From Callorhinchus milii (Eukaryota): 43,989 nt of DNA. Every line of letters begins with the position of its first letter. Within the stretch, counting starts at the first letter, position 1. The position numbers were made by a program, and so were the translations under genes. Positions 24,269 through 36,885 of the stretch are shown in pieces. The notes below the pieces were generated by a model, which saw nothing but the letters and a program-made list of their open reading frames with translations, was not told the origin of the DNA and did no database searches. Location of the stretch: the NCBI RefSeq assembly GCF_018977255.1, contig NW_024705442.1, positions 1-43,989 of the forward strand, given 5' to 3'.

Positions 24269-24545
24269 AACAATGGCGACGGAAACAGAGACACGGAGAG
24301 AGAGAGTGAGAGACAGTGTGTGTGTGAGAGAGAGAGAGAGAGAGTGAAGGAACAATGGCGGCCGAAACACAGACATAGAGAGAAAGAGAGAGAGAGAGTG
24401 AGAGACAGTGTGAGAGAGAGAGAGAGAGAGAGGGAGAGAGAAACAGAGAGAGAGAAGGAACAATGGCGGCGGAAACAGAGACACGGAGAGAAATCGAGAG
24501 AGGCTACGAATGAGAGAGAGAGAGAGAGAGAGACAGAGAGAGAGC
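24070..24545 (+). promoter_or_regulatory. CpG-rich promoter-like patch with (GA)n and repeated ACAATGGCG units
   Basis: CAACATGGCGG (~24075), GTCACGTG E-box (~24200), and three GAAGGAACAATGGCG units between GA runs. Confidence 0.35.
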
Positions 24546-24704
24546 GGGAAGGGGAAAGACTGTTCAAAGTGAAGAAAATTTTTCAAACGCCTACATTGTA
24601 TTATAGTGTTTATTGACTATTTATTGATTGTTATTCACTGATCACTTATTATTGTCTGTTATAGAAAATCACTAAAAAGCATAATAATAATCTCAACAAA
24701 ATCA

Positions 24705-25880
24705 TCAATTTGGATTTATATAGAGCCCCCCAGGCCAGACGGCGTTTCGGAGCGCATCACAGTAACGGATCCCGGGTCCGAGCCAGTGGGAGGGGGAGGA
24801 AGGTGACCAAAGTCACGGTCGAAAAGAAAGGTCTTCAGGCGAGATCTGAAAATAGGATGAGAGCGGGAAGACAGAGGGAGAGAGGAAGGGAGGTCCAGAG
24901 CCTCGGGGAGTAGAGGCTGAAGGACCGGCTGCCGATGGTGGAGCGGAGAATTCGGGGGACAATGAGGAGGCCATAACCGATGGCGCGATGGCAACTTGTA
25001 CTGCTTTGGGGAGAGAGGGCAGAGAAGTCGGGTGGTGTAGAGGAGAGGAGGGATTTGAAAACAAGATTGAGGGTCTTGAAGTCGATCCTCTGTGGGACAG
25101 GGAGCCAGTGCAGTCTGCCAAGGACTGGGGTAATCGGAGAGCGGAGTTTGGCGCGGGTACAAATGCGGGCGACAGATTATTGTACGCACTGTGTTTTACG
25201 GATGGTCGTGGAGGGGAGGCCGGCGAGGAGGGCGTTGGAATAGTGCAGCCGAGAATTGACAACGGCATAGACCAGAGTTTCTTCGTCTTTTGAGTGATGT
25301 ATTGGCGGAGACGGGCGATGCGTCGGAGGTGGAAGAAAGCGGTGTTGCTGATGGACCGGATGGATGTTGGGGAGGAAGGATAATTAATAATAATAATCCT
25401 TGCATTTGATATAGCGCGTTTCACGTCGAGAGGACGTCCCAAAGCGCTTCACAGAACACACTGTAAAGTGAATTGACTATATTTGTGGGCGAACGCGGCA
25501 GCCAATTGCGCCCATCAATGTCCCACAAACAGTCGTAGATTGAAAATTACCAATTTATTATTGTTTTTGGAGGGATTATTTTTATGTGAGTGGAGTAAGG
25601 AAACTTGCCCAAGGTTTCGCCCTCTGTCTGGAATTGAACTCAGGTCTCTCGCTTGCAAAACGAGTGCTCTAACCACTGAGCTACAGGGCTTCATTTGGGC
25701 GTCGAATCTGACGCATGGCTTGCGTATAGGTTCGGAGAGATTTAGGGGAAGGTCAGGTAAATGGAGGAGGTGAGAACTGTGCCATTTTAGACGCTGTCGA
25801 GAGCCAAATAGTGTGGCTTCCGTCATGTCAACGTTCAGCTGAAGGAAATTCGCGTACATCCAGCTCCTGAGGTCTGACAG
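24705..25880 (-). mobile_element. L2 LINE 3' portion, split by a SINE
   Basis: Minus-strand NTAFFHLRRIARLR, FRSRLKTFLFDR and NFLQLNVDMTEATLFGSRQRL are homologous to the L2 at 41200-41930. Confidence 0.88.
25381..25690 (-). mobile_element. Deu-domain SINE inserted into L2
   Basis: Head CCTGTAGCTCAGTGGTTAGAGC, core and tail present. L2 coding sequence continues on both sides. Confidence 0.92.
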
Positions 25881-26367
25881 AACGAGGGACCACGAGGGAT
25901 ATGGAGAAGGTTGGAACCAGTTGAGGGGATGGAGCGCGTTTTTTGGTCAGTGGTGTAAACAGATCAGAAAGGAATTGAGTTGAAGCAATTTGGAAAATAG
26001 CTTGAGGATTTTGAAATCGACCCGTTCGTAGACCGTGGCTAGAAATTGCATGAAGGGGTTATAGAATATATTACAGCGTGGTATTGGATGAGTTGGATCC
26101 TATGACTGGTGGAACTGGGGAAATTGGCAAAGACTGTATTTGTGACGTCCTGTCGGGCGGTGAAGAATACATGGTCGTGTTGTCAACAAGAGTGATTCAG
26201 GACATAGAGGGAAGTACAAAAACAGGAGAATTTTTTNGTGCCCCTCGAGCCTGTTACATGTTCTATTCATCATTCCTGGTCTCCACCTCGAGTCCCATCA
26301 GCCACCCATCCCAATATCCCTTAATACTCTCATCCAACAAATATCTATCCAACTCAGCCTTCAATAT

Positions 26368-26699
26368 AGTAGTAATAATAATCAAAATCCTTGCATTTGA
26401 TATTGCGCTTTTCACGTCGGGTGGACGTCCCAAAGCGCTTCACAGAACATTCTGTAAAGTGAATTGACTGTATATTTGTGGGCTAACGCGGCAGCCAATT
26501 GCGCACAGCAATGTCCCACAAACAGTCGTACATTGAATATGACCAATTTGTTATTGTTTTTGGTTTTGGAGGGATTATTATCAGGCGTCTGTGTGGAGTA
26601 AGGAAACTTGCCCAAGGTTTTGCCGTGACCTGCCGGGGATTGAACTCAGGTCTCTTCGCTTGTAAAGCGAGTGCTCTAACCATTGAGCTACAGGACTCC
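26368..26699 (-). mobile_element. Full-length Deu-domain SINE
   Basis: Same head, core and tail as the other copies. Confidence 0.92.
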
Positions 26700-29070
26700 A
26701 CGAATATGTCAACCGATTGGGGGCATCGACAGCGTTTTTTGACAGAACGTTCCAGATTTTCACTGCATTTTTGGATCAAAATCGGCCTCTTCATTTTACC
26801 CCAAATGGACAAACTCTCATTTCAAATGTGTGTCTCCCTGTCTTGGATTCCCCAACAAGAGGAAATAGTGCGTCAGTACATACCCTAATCAATAAATTTA
26901 TCGATCTCAAAACCTCAAGCAAATCGTTTCTCAACATTGTAAGCAGAAAGGATTAGAGAACAAGTTTTTGCGAACTGTCTGCATAATTTAGCCATTGCAG
27001 CCTTTTTGTCCTTCTGTTTAGTCTTCGATGTACCAACATATCCTTCCTGAGCTGCGATGCCCAAAACTGAACGCATTACTCCAGAGAGAATCTGACCAAG
27101 TTTCTATATGTTTGAGGCATCATTTCCTCTTCTCTATATTCCAACCACCTTGAGATAAAGGCCCAGATCCCGTTTTACTTTTTTATAACCTCTTGCCATT
27201 ATACGCTTATTTTTAGTAAGTTGTGTACGTGGACATCCAACCATATTTGCTCTTCTACAGTGCTAATATTTTCACCGCTTAGTAAATAAACTGTTTTGTA
27301 CTTTCTGATCTATAATGTGTGACCTCGCACTTCCGAAAATTGAATTGCACCTGCCACAGTGCTGCCCACTCCTTAAATCTATCTAAATCCTTTTGCATCT
27401 TGCTGCACCCATCTACACAATTAAATGTGTCTGCTAAACTTGATGTCATTTGCAAATTTGAGGACACATCTCTATGTTCCTTCTCACAAGTCAATTCAAT
27501 ATAAATAAATAAACAAATACATATCCTGTCCAACAAATCAATAAATACTTTGGATATGAAAAGAAAAGAAATGAAAGAAATTAAAGAAATCAAAGAAATA
27601 AAAAAAATTAACAAATAAACAAATAAACAAGCTAACAAATATCGCCTAACTGAAAATGGAGGAAACAATGACACAAAGGCAATACACGCTGCCTTCATAT
27701 GAAGCACGTTTCGAGGGAAGTTGGTACAGAGATTGATGAACATGACGAGAGTTGATTAAAAACCAGAATTAAATGCGGAGGCCCAGAACAGACAGTTTGG
27801 GGAATCGCTTGGTGTGTCCTCCCAATCAGAGAAGTTTCCTTTATCACTTCTATCTGTTTCGTGCTCCCCATTCAATTACCAGCATATCGCAACTTACCTC
27901 CCATTCCACGCACATTATTTTTTTGCAAATAACCAGATCTATCAAAGGCCTCTTGGAAGCCCATGAAGAAACCATCCATCTCTCACCCACCATGTTAGTG
28001 GCCGCCTTAAACATGACAATTAGAACCGTCAGGCATTTCACACTATTCACTAATCCATGCTGACTCTCTTTGATCAGCTCATATTTGTCCAAGTACTCAA
28101 TCCCTTCAACCCTGATGAGAGATTCCAGTAACTTTCCCACAACTGAACTTAAGCTGACAAGCTTGTTGTCACCTGGTTTCCCTCTCTCTGCCTCCCACAA
28201 TTCTTACGTAATGGAGTGACATTTGCAATTCGCCAATCCATTGGTACAGTTCCCGAATATAGAGAAGCTTTGGAAAATTAAGACTAATGCATCTATCCCA
28301 ATTTCCTGCACAACTTGTTTTCGTACCTTGGGCGGAACTTAACAGGACCGCGAAATCTTTCTATCTTTAGCCCATCATTTTATCCATTACCTTTTTCATG
28401 TATAATAAAGCCATGCACTTCCTTCATTTGAGTTACTTCTGGTTACCCGAGGAGTCCTGTAGCTCTATGGTTAGAGCACTCTCCCGCAAGCGATAAATCT
28501 GGGTTCAATTCCAGGCAGAGCGACAACTTTGGCAAGTTTCCTTACTCCAAACGTCTAATAATAATCCCTCCAACACAAAACAATAATAAATTGGTCAACT
28601 TCAATCCAAGAATGTTTGAGTTAGGCTGCTATGCGCAATTTGCTGCCGTTTTTCGCCCACAAATATACAGTCAATTCACTTTACAGTGTGTTCTGTGAAG
28701 CGCTATGGGACGTCCTCCCGACGTGAAAAGCGCTATATCAAATGCAAGGATTAATATTATTATTATTCTTTGAAGCGCTTTGAGATGTGCGGAAGACGTG
28801 ATATGGGCCATATCAAATGCAAGCATTGCTATTATTATTATTTTACTTTTTCCGCTGGTAATTTTGGCCAATTAACCTTCTATGAAAACCGAAGGAAAGT
28901 ATTCATTTAACAGGACTGTCATTTCATTATTTTCCAATATAATCGAACGCTTATCTGTCTCTATCCGGCTCACGTTTCCATTACTCACTCTCCTTTACTT
29001 AATATGAAAAGTTCCTGTTGCTCTTGCTTTCCCGTGTAGCTTTTTTCCTCATACTTCCTTTATGCATCTC
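26700..29070 (-). mobile_element. Decayed CR1 ORF2 fragments
   Basis: ORF 27850-28200 has KPGDNKLVSLSSVVGKLLESLI...IKESQHG. ORF 27279-27743 has MQKDLDRFKEWAALWQVQFNFRKCEV. Confidence 0.8.
28451..28767 (+). mobile_element. Full-length Deu-domain SINE, followed by a second SINE tail (~28770-28843)
   Basis: GGAGTCCTGTAGCTCTATGGTTAGAGC head through AATGCAAGGA and a TA-rich end. Confidence 0.9.
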
Positions 29071-29399
29071 TTACTACTTTTTATGTAAGGTTTGTGCAGA
29101 GCCGTTTTCATAGCTGTGGAACATGACAGAGGAGATCTAATGAATTTTTTNCGAAATGTAGAAAAGCTGCCAAGGAACACGCAATTTGTTATGTTGAAAG
29201 ATTATTGGATGCACTTAACCTCAACTATGGGCCAGCGCTAAATAAACATCAGCAGTATCAAATTCGAAATAGAGTTGTTCCAAATGCATTATTTCTCAAT
29301 CCTCCTTGCAAGTCAAGTTTTGAAGAAACATGTGACAGAGAGGATGACAATCATGATGTCTCCTTCCTGTTGTCGATTGATAATTTCCGAAAGACAATA

Positions 29400-29660
29400 T
29401 CCCAAACCACAGCCCATCAGCTCGGGCCTTGCTCCACTGGCTCCCAATGAACGAAAGGATCGACTGTAGGATCGTCATAAAGGTGTTCAAATCCATTCGC
29501 TCCCTGGCATCTCCCTACATCTCCGACCTCCTCACTCCACAATCCACAACTCGGCTCCACCGCTCGACCGGTACAAGCTTCCTGAAGGACCCAAACACCT
29601 TCCGTCCCAGCATCAGAGTTCACATTTTCAGTCACTACGCCCATAAATCTGGAACATTCT
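29400..29660 (+). mobile_element. Old L2 3' fragment
   Basis: LHWLPMNERIDCRIVIKVFKSIRSLASPYISDLL is an L2 ORF2 C-terminal motif. Confidence 0.75.
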
Positions 29661-29972
29661 CCCTCATTTCATGCCATGCCTGAAAGACTGGAACTCCAAC
29701 CGTGCTTACGGACACCACTGCACCGAATTCCAAGTCTACAATTCAGCCATTGAGAGGCCAACATGTGTGGATGGCGATGCATAAGTGTAAGTTGTTAATG
29801 TTGATGTGTTCGTGGACCTAACGTTTCAGGTGGTTTTCATCCAACAGCCACAGAGGGCTCAGAAAGGGAGTTTGTGATTGCAGTAGGAAGAGGGGAAGTG
29901 CAGTCCAGAATTCCCATTCTGAAGTGTGACTTTCAGAAATCTGTCCAACGCACTGAAAATCGGTCAGTGTGA

Positions 29973-30200
29973 TAAAAATAATAATAATAATAATAATAAA
30001 AATAATAATCCTTGCATTTGATATAGCGCTTTTCACGTCAGGAGGACGTCCCAAAGCGCTTCACAGAACACACTGTAAAGTGAATTGACTGTATATTTGT
30101 GGGCGAACGCGGCAGCCAGTTGCGCACAGCAATGTCCCACAAAGAGTCGTAGATTGAAAATGACCAATTTATTATTGTTTTGTATTTTGGAGGGATTATT
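29973..30200 (-). mobile_element. 5'-truncated SINE present only in right arm
   Basis: The left arm is contiguous across this site (GGTGATAACTCTGTGGAGAGG on the minus strand, ~11002-10983). Confidence 0.88.
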
Positions 30201-30299
30201 ACAACACATGGGAGAGGAGCCGAACCAAATGGATGCACAGTTGGACACAGAGAAGAGTTTGAGTGGTATTGTCATTGGGGACACAACCTTCAAAGGAAT

Positions 30300-31950
30300 A
30301 GCCGGATCTTTGTCCAGTGGTCGCAGAAGGCGAGGATGCACCCAATGCCACAGGATGAGATAAGAGGGAACAAAAATTGGATAGGTCAAGAAAAAATCAA
30401 GTTACTAAAAATCAATCGATGCTCAGAGTAGATAAGTCACTAGGAGGAGACGGGATGAATCCAAGTTGACTGAAAGGAAGTAAGGCTGGAAATAACGGAG
30501 TCTCTGTGCAAAACCTCTCAATTCTTTTTGTACACCAGCGTGCTACCAGAGGAAGGAAGTTATTCAAGTGTTAGTTCCCTGTACAAAAAGTGGCAGAAGG
30601 ATAAATTCGGTAACTGCAGACCAGTCTAAATCATTTCATAGTGTGGCAACTTGTAGATATTACAATCTTATAGGGACAAAATACATTGTCACTTTGAAAA
30701 ATATGGTTTAATGAAGAACAGCCAACACGGCCCAAAAAATTCGGTAAGGTTTTTTTTGTGAAGTAACGGAAAGGTAGATGAAGATTCTGCAATTGGTGTT
30801 GTTATTCATTTTCAAAAGACGTATCAGAAAGTAACATATAAGACACTGGTAAGCAAAATAGAAGCCCTCGGTTTTAAAGCGAAGGTGTCAGCATGGAAAC
30901 AGAATTGTCTCGGATACTGAAAGCAGAGAGTGGTGGTGAAAGTTTGATTTCCTGAAAGGAGGGAAGTCTGCAGTGCTGTCCCCCAATGTTCTTTATTGGG
31001 ACCACTGCTGATTTTGAGCTCGAAATATCAAATATTCAATGTAGGTCGACAACCGACAGTGCTTTGCTTGGTGCAGAGTAGGAACTGGATTTGGAGGCTG
31101 GCAGTACCCAAGCAATTGAGAATGTGAACTTGTATATACTTCCCATCAATGGGTGTCGAAATGTCGAAATAAAAGTTGACCGTGTAGTGAATTTTATAGG
31201 TAGAGCCAAAAGGTAAAGAAAGTCAACCTGCAATGGCACGTATGTGTATATCATTCTATAGATTGCACCTGCAGCATTGTTTTCATATGTGCACACTCTC
31301 ATGCAATGAAAGATACTGAGGTGTTGGCATGGATGCACAGGAGATGTACCAGAATGATCCCAGGGATGTGGGCCTGTGTAGGCAATGGCTCATTGTCGTT
31401 ACCTGAGGTTCGTTGGCCATCTGTCTGAAGACAGAGAAAATCTCTTGAAGTCCTGGGCATCCAAAATAGATTGAGTGATTGGGCCCGGCTGTAGATGACA
31501 TACTAAAAACTTCAAAGCAGGTCAATGATGGAAACAGCTGGCAAAGAATCCATCCACTGTCCCTCTTGCCAAACCCAAGACGTTTTGACATTGACGTTGC
31601 TGGGCACAGTATAGGAGGCAAAGGATTGACAGCATGTCTACCCACAGGGGAAAGTGTGGTGATGACCCCGGCTATTAGATATAGAGGTTAGCAACCAAAA
31701 TGATTGATTGAATGAAGGGCCTGGACTATGAAGAGTGCCTAAGTATATTGGCCATGTACACACCGCAAAAAAAGATGGTTCCGCGGAGACATGATTTCTA
31801 AGATGAAGGGGCGAAATTCAGAATAAATTTACACAAACACTGTTTCAGTTAGCGAATAGTTAATCTGTGGAAAATGCACCCAAGGGAGTGAGAAGCTTCA
31901 AGCAGGTAGTGTTGATTTTTTGAAAGACGGATCACATAGATTTATCCTAT
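30300..31950 (+). mobile_element. Old CR1 ORF2 relic shared with left arm
   Basis: Decayed GATAAGTCAC..GG...GACGGGATG, AAAGCAGAGAGTGGTGGTGAA and TTGGGACCACTGCTG RT tracts. Confidence 0.7.
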
Positions 31951-32434
31951 GAAATATCATTATTTGATTTAGCACAGAGAGAGATTGCGCATAAGTTGCA
32001 TCCACTCTCACAGTTTGGAAAAATATTGGTTTCACTCTCACTGGGTAAGAACAATACTTTTTGTTGGATGTTGGGCCAGGGCATGACCAACCCTTTCTTT
32101 TTACCCCACCAACGTGCCTGGTAATGAAACCCGTCTTATAACAGTGACCTCAGCCGCCATTTATGCGCTCTGATCACAAACCACAATCACAGTCATTTAA
32201 AACAACATGTAACTGGCCTGACTCAGACACAGACACACCCTGACCGCTACACGTATTAGATTTCATTCCAGCTTTCTGTTGTTGAAAACGTCACCTAAGA
32301 GCTGGCTCAGCCCCCATGAGATCCTGCTTACCTCCCCCAAGGAATCCAGTCAGCAGTTCTTGCCAGAAGAGAAATATAGATGTTTCACAATCATTTGTGC
32401 AAATAGCCTATTCCCAGTGGAGACAGTTCAGGGA

Positions 32435-32440
32435 TATAAA
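32435..32440 (+). promoter_or_regulatory. Candidate TATA box of GPCR copy B
   Basis: TATAAA ~55 nt upstream of the ATG, conserved in copy A. Confidence 0.5.
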
Positions 32441-32493
32441 GACTGGCAGTTTTGAGTGTCCAGCACTGACAGCCGATCCGCTATTGATACACA

Positions 32494-32593
32494 ATGTTGA
32501 GGGCTATAGCCTTCTTTCCGTGGCAATATCTGCCAACACTTTTTCGGATACTGATTGTTTATTATCCTATTCTTGCAGCTATTGGTATTGCAG
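32494..32593 (+). CDS. GPR139-like GPCR copy B, exon 1 (MLRAIAFFPWQYLPTLFRILIVYYPILAAIGIA)
   Basis: ATG at 32494, donor GCAG|GTAACC, 100 nt, phase 1. Confidence 0.88.
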
Positions 32594-33886
32594 GTAACCA
32601 GTTAAACACACATTTTACTTGTATCCCGATGTACCACAAGTTTCGACATGGCACATATATCTACTTCTCGTCCTCCAGCTGTGACTCGTACAAAGATAAG
32701 ATATTGTCGTTGGTTCCACAAGCTCTGCTCTCGCTGTGAGACTGGTAGTGTTTCCCTTCTTCTTTGAGGGTCTGCTTGCTAGCACACGCGTAAAAATGAT
32801 GACAATAGGAAAAGCCCAAGAAGAGTATCTTCAGGTCTGATCCGACGGTCACTCAAAAGAGTGTGAGTTGGATATATTGAGCCTCCAGTGTTTCAGGACA
32901 CATTGGCTGTAAGAATGTCTGGCGTTGGGGAAGGATTGAGCAGATAAGCGAGCCAGATCCGTCAGCAGGTTGAGAGGCAGAGGTATGCCAGGGCAGTGGA
33001 TGGTTTGCAAATGTTTTGAGTATCTTTATCTCAATGTGTTTTCTGGAAAGGAGGCAGGGAATCCTGTCGAGGACTGGAGTGATGGAATTGCGGAGTTGGT
33101 GTTAGAGTGGCCATGTTTGGAATTGTTTTGAATGAGTTGCATGTTGTGAATGGAGGGGGTTGTGGTGACCACTGAGAAAAATATTGGAGAATCTCGAAAT
33201 TTTCGGTGTCTGACTATAAATAGCGCGATTGAGCCCTTCATTTATTTTCACGTTATTGCGAATTATGCTGTGCGTGAGGCGAATTATTTTCACATTAATA
33301 CAGTGGAATTTTTAACGCAATCTTCAATTAGTAGAGGTGAATTTACATATTTATGTTGTCATCTGCAGGAACACATGTTGATACTAAATATGGTCCACAT
33401 CTTCAAATTTATATTCAGTGGATATACTTGACAATGTCCTGTCAGAATGTAAAATGATTGTAACCAGAGAAGAGCAATAAATATTTGAGGAAACAAACTT
33501 TATTTGGTGAATACATGGCCAGGAAATTTGGAGAGAGTTCATTTTCCGGCAGTGTCACAGGAGATCTTTCATGTCCAACAGAACAGGCGACAGACAGGGA
33601 ATTTGTTTGAACTTCTTACATGTTACTCGGTTTTTTTTCGTCTGTAGTTCATTGGTTAAATCATATCTGTAGCTCATTGGTTATCGGAATCGCCTGTTAA
33701 GCGAGATACCTGTGTTTGATCATTTCAATATTCCTTATTAATGCTTTGAATTTTTTTTTCTCAATGTGCTCATCAATCCATGAGCATTGATGATAAACTG
33801 CTGCGTGAATGAACTTTGAGCAAAATACCATCAACTTACGCAGCGCACAGGTAAATATGTTTGTTTGCTGTTCCATTTTCTCACAG

Positions 33887-34785
33887 CGAATCTGTTGGCC
33901 ATTGTGGTCCTGTCCCGAGGAAAGTGTGGGCTCTCAAAATGTATCACCCTCTACATGGTGGCCATGGCAGTGGCCGATCTCCTGTTCGCCATCAACGATG
34001 TGGTTTTGAACCAGATACATTCTCTTTATTTCAATCACACATTTCTGGACATCACTCCCGTGTGTTCACTCAGATTGGTGCTGAAGTCGGCGGTGACACA
34101 CATGTCAGTCTGGTTCACAGTGGCTTTCACCTTTGATCGCCTGGTCGCCATCTGTTGTGTGAAACTGAAAACAAGTTATTGCACCGAGAGAACAGCAGCC
34201 GTGGTTGTAGGAGTGATATCTTCTCTGAGCTGTTTCATCAGCATTCCCTGGTACTTTATATTTGAGCCCAGTGAGATACTGAACAATGTGCCTTGGTATT
34301 GCCAGTACAAAGAGGCTTACTACACCTCTGCCACATGGATTGTATATCATTGGTTTGACACAATAATAACCCCGTTTGTTCCATTCTTTCTGATTTTGCT
34401 GATGAACGTGGTGACAGTCAGACACATTTTAGCCGCCAACAGAATCCGCAGAAACCTCCTGCACCAGAAAAGTAATAGTGGCAACGATGCAGAGATGGAG
34501 AATCGAAGAAAATCCATCATCTTACTCTTCGCCATATCCGGCAGCTTCATCGTGTTATGGCTGATGTATGTTTTAGATTTCATATTATCACGAACGTTAG
34601 ACAAATATTTCTACCAAAGTTACAGAGACCCAGTGTATGTTGTCCAACAAGTGACAGACATGCTTAAGGTTTTGAGTTGCTGCACAAACACCGTCATTTA
34701 CGCTTTAACACAATCTAAGTTCAGAGAGGATGTCAAATATTTAGTGATCCATCCGTTTAAATACATAATTAAACTATTTAAATAA
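33887..34785 (+). CDS. GPR139/GPR142-like class A orphan GPCR, copy B, exon 2
   Basis: Acceptor TTTTCTCACAG|CG. Uninterrupted multi-TM ORF with DRLVAIC and SCCTNTVIY. 332 aa with exon 1. Confidence 0.92.
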
Positions 34786-36885
34786 AGGTAAATGTGTGCC
34801 ACTCGGTGTAATTTTTGAAACGTTGACAACGAATCATAATTTATTGAGGCAACTGATAGCCTGACTTTTATTTCAAGCGGTGCACTGCAATAAAAATAAA
34901 CCTTTTAATCGATGTAGAATATTACTACGCCATCTGAAAGGCTTTCACGGAATATACTGTCAATTAGGTTCCAGTTAACGGCTGAATGGGGCTCCATGAT
35001 TTTGTGAGCATCCTTGTTGCTCTGTGTACCTCCCTCCAGATTTTTTCATATTACTATTATTATTATTTTATTCCAGGTTCCTTTGCATCTCCGGTCAGCC
35101 AATGTCAACAAGCAGCAAGTACGTGTTGCAGTTCAACCAGAATATTGTTTTAAACATATACTATTCGCCTGCTCAAACGTGAATAAAAAAATAAATGCGT
35201 AGAGCATTCAAATAGGTGTTGATTAGGCAAATTGAATTAACGGCCAAAGTCATGTGTTAAGAAGGCTGGAAATGCAACAGATGGAGAAGGGAGACGTGGC
35301 TCAGTTGGGATGGAACAGCAGCCTAATCGTTTATGTAGCGTTATTGGGTGAGGAGTGGATCGAGGTGGCTTTTCAAATAAAATAATTCAATAGTGTATTA
35401 ATCTTTCGTTAATTTGAAAGAGAAAAATCAAGTGTTCTCGTAAGGTTGGTATTTTTTAGTCTTTGACAGAGGCTCCGAGGGTTGTGGCAAATTAGGTGGC
35501 ACATAAACCCTGGAATTTTATCCTGTAAAATATTTCTGCCAGCAGCTGAATTGCACAAAGTTTCCGTTCTGTCTTTCGTTATTTCTTGAGTTACCTTATC
35601 AGCAAATAAACATTTCACGTAATTTGAACAACGCAACTGTGTCATATTGCATTCTCTTGTTAATCTAAATATTGGCAGTTCATTTCGAGTCTGTAAGTGT
35701 GTTGACCCCAGCAACGCTGGAGTTTGTTATTGCTGTTATCAGCCGCGCGGCAATCACTATCTGAAGCTGGAGGAGTTGGCGGTGGCTAAGGATGTGATTG
35801 ATTAGAGAAATGCTCGCCTTCCTGACCCACTGCAGCAATGGCCGGTATTATTCCACTCCCCACACTGAGGCCTCCAAAAAGCCGTGTCCTGCTGCTGCCA
35901 CAAGAGGAATTTCAACAGGGAGGGAGCGGGAGGTAGACGGTTGGAAATGGTATCTCGCCAAACAATTCACCACCGGGAAACATGCGGCCCGCGTGCCGCC
36001 ATTTGGACACCACTTTTGTAGAGTATCGAGACAGTGAATTCTGCAAGTGATTGTGGATGTCAGATTGCAGTGAAATATGTCCAATTTTTATTGATGGTGT
36101 TGTCAGCCAGAACACAAGGAGAAAATCACTTCCATTTTTGATACATATCATTGTGCAGAATATTGTCAAACAAATATATATATACAGACGTACCCACAAA
36201 CACACAGACAATCATCGAATCATACATACCACAGCACAGTAACAGAAAATTACAAATACAGACAGATACACATTCCCCAACGCAAACAGATATGTAAAGA
36301 GGAAATGAAACACAGAGACACCTCCGTAAACAGAGACACACACGCATACTCACTCACAGAATACACACACACACGCGCACAGACACAAACACAGTCCCAA
36401 GCTGAAACAAGAAAAACATCAAATTGCATAGCGCCCTCCATGCCACGGGTTGTCCCAGTAACATACGCACAGGCAGAGAGAGACACACATACAAAGATGC
36501 ATAAGAAAGTTTTTAACAAGTCATGCCAAGCGACTGCAAGAATGCTGGAAGGCAAACGAGATGGGTCTCTGTCTACTTTGGCTGAGGAGATTCCTACATT
36601 CTTATGTTCTTATGATCGTATTTCAGACGTGTGTCAAGTAAAGTCAAACACGTTAATACCCAATGGTTTTGCTCCTCATCAAACTGTCAACATTAACTCT
36701 CGCGATGCCTCAATGTTTGTCAAGCCATCACTCAAACAGGGAATGAAATAAATATAAATTTATCCGTGCAAGTGTGCAAGAAAGCGTCAAGATCAGAAAT
36801 ATCTTCAATGTTGTGAAATTACACCTTTATCCTCTCATAGACGAGGGAGACTTACTGGATCCTCGGGTCTCTCACTCAGGGTCAG

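Noticed and set aside
5524..34785. Assigning the symbol GPR139 or a specific TRIM number
   Set aside because: Motifs support family-level similarity only. Orthology needs a phylogeny.
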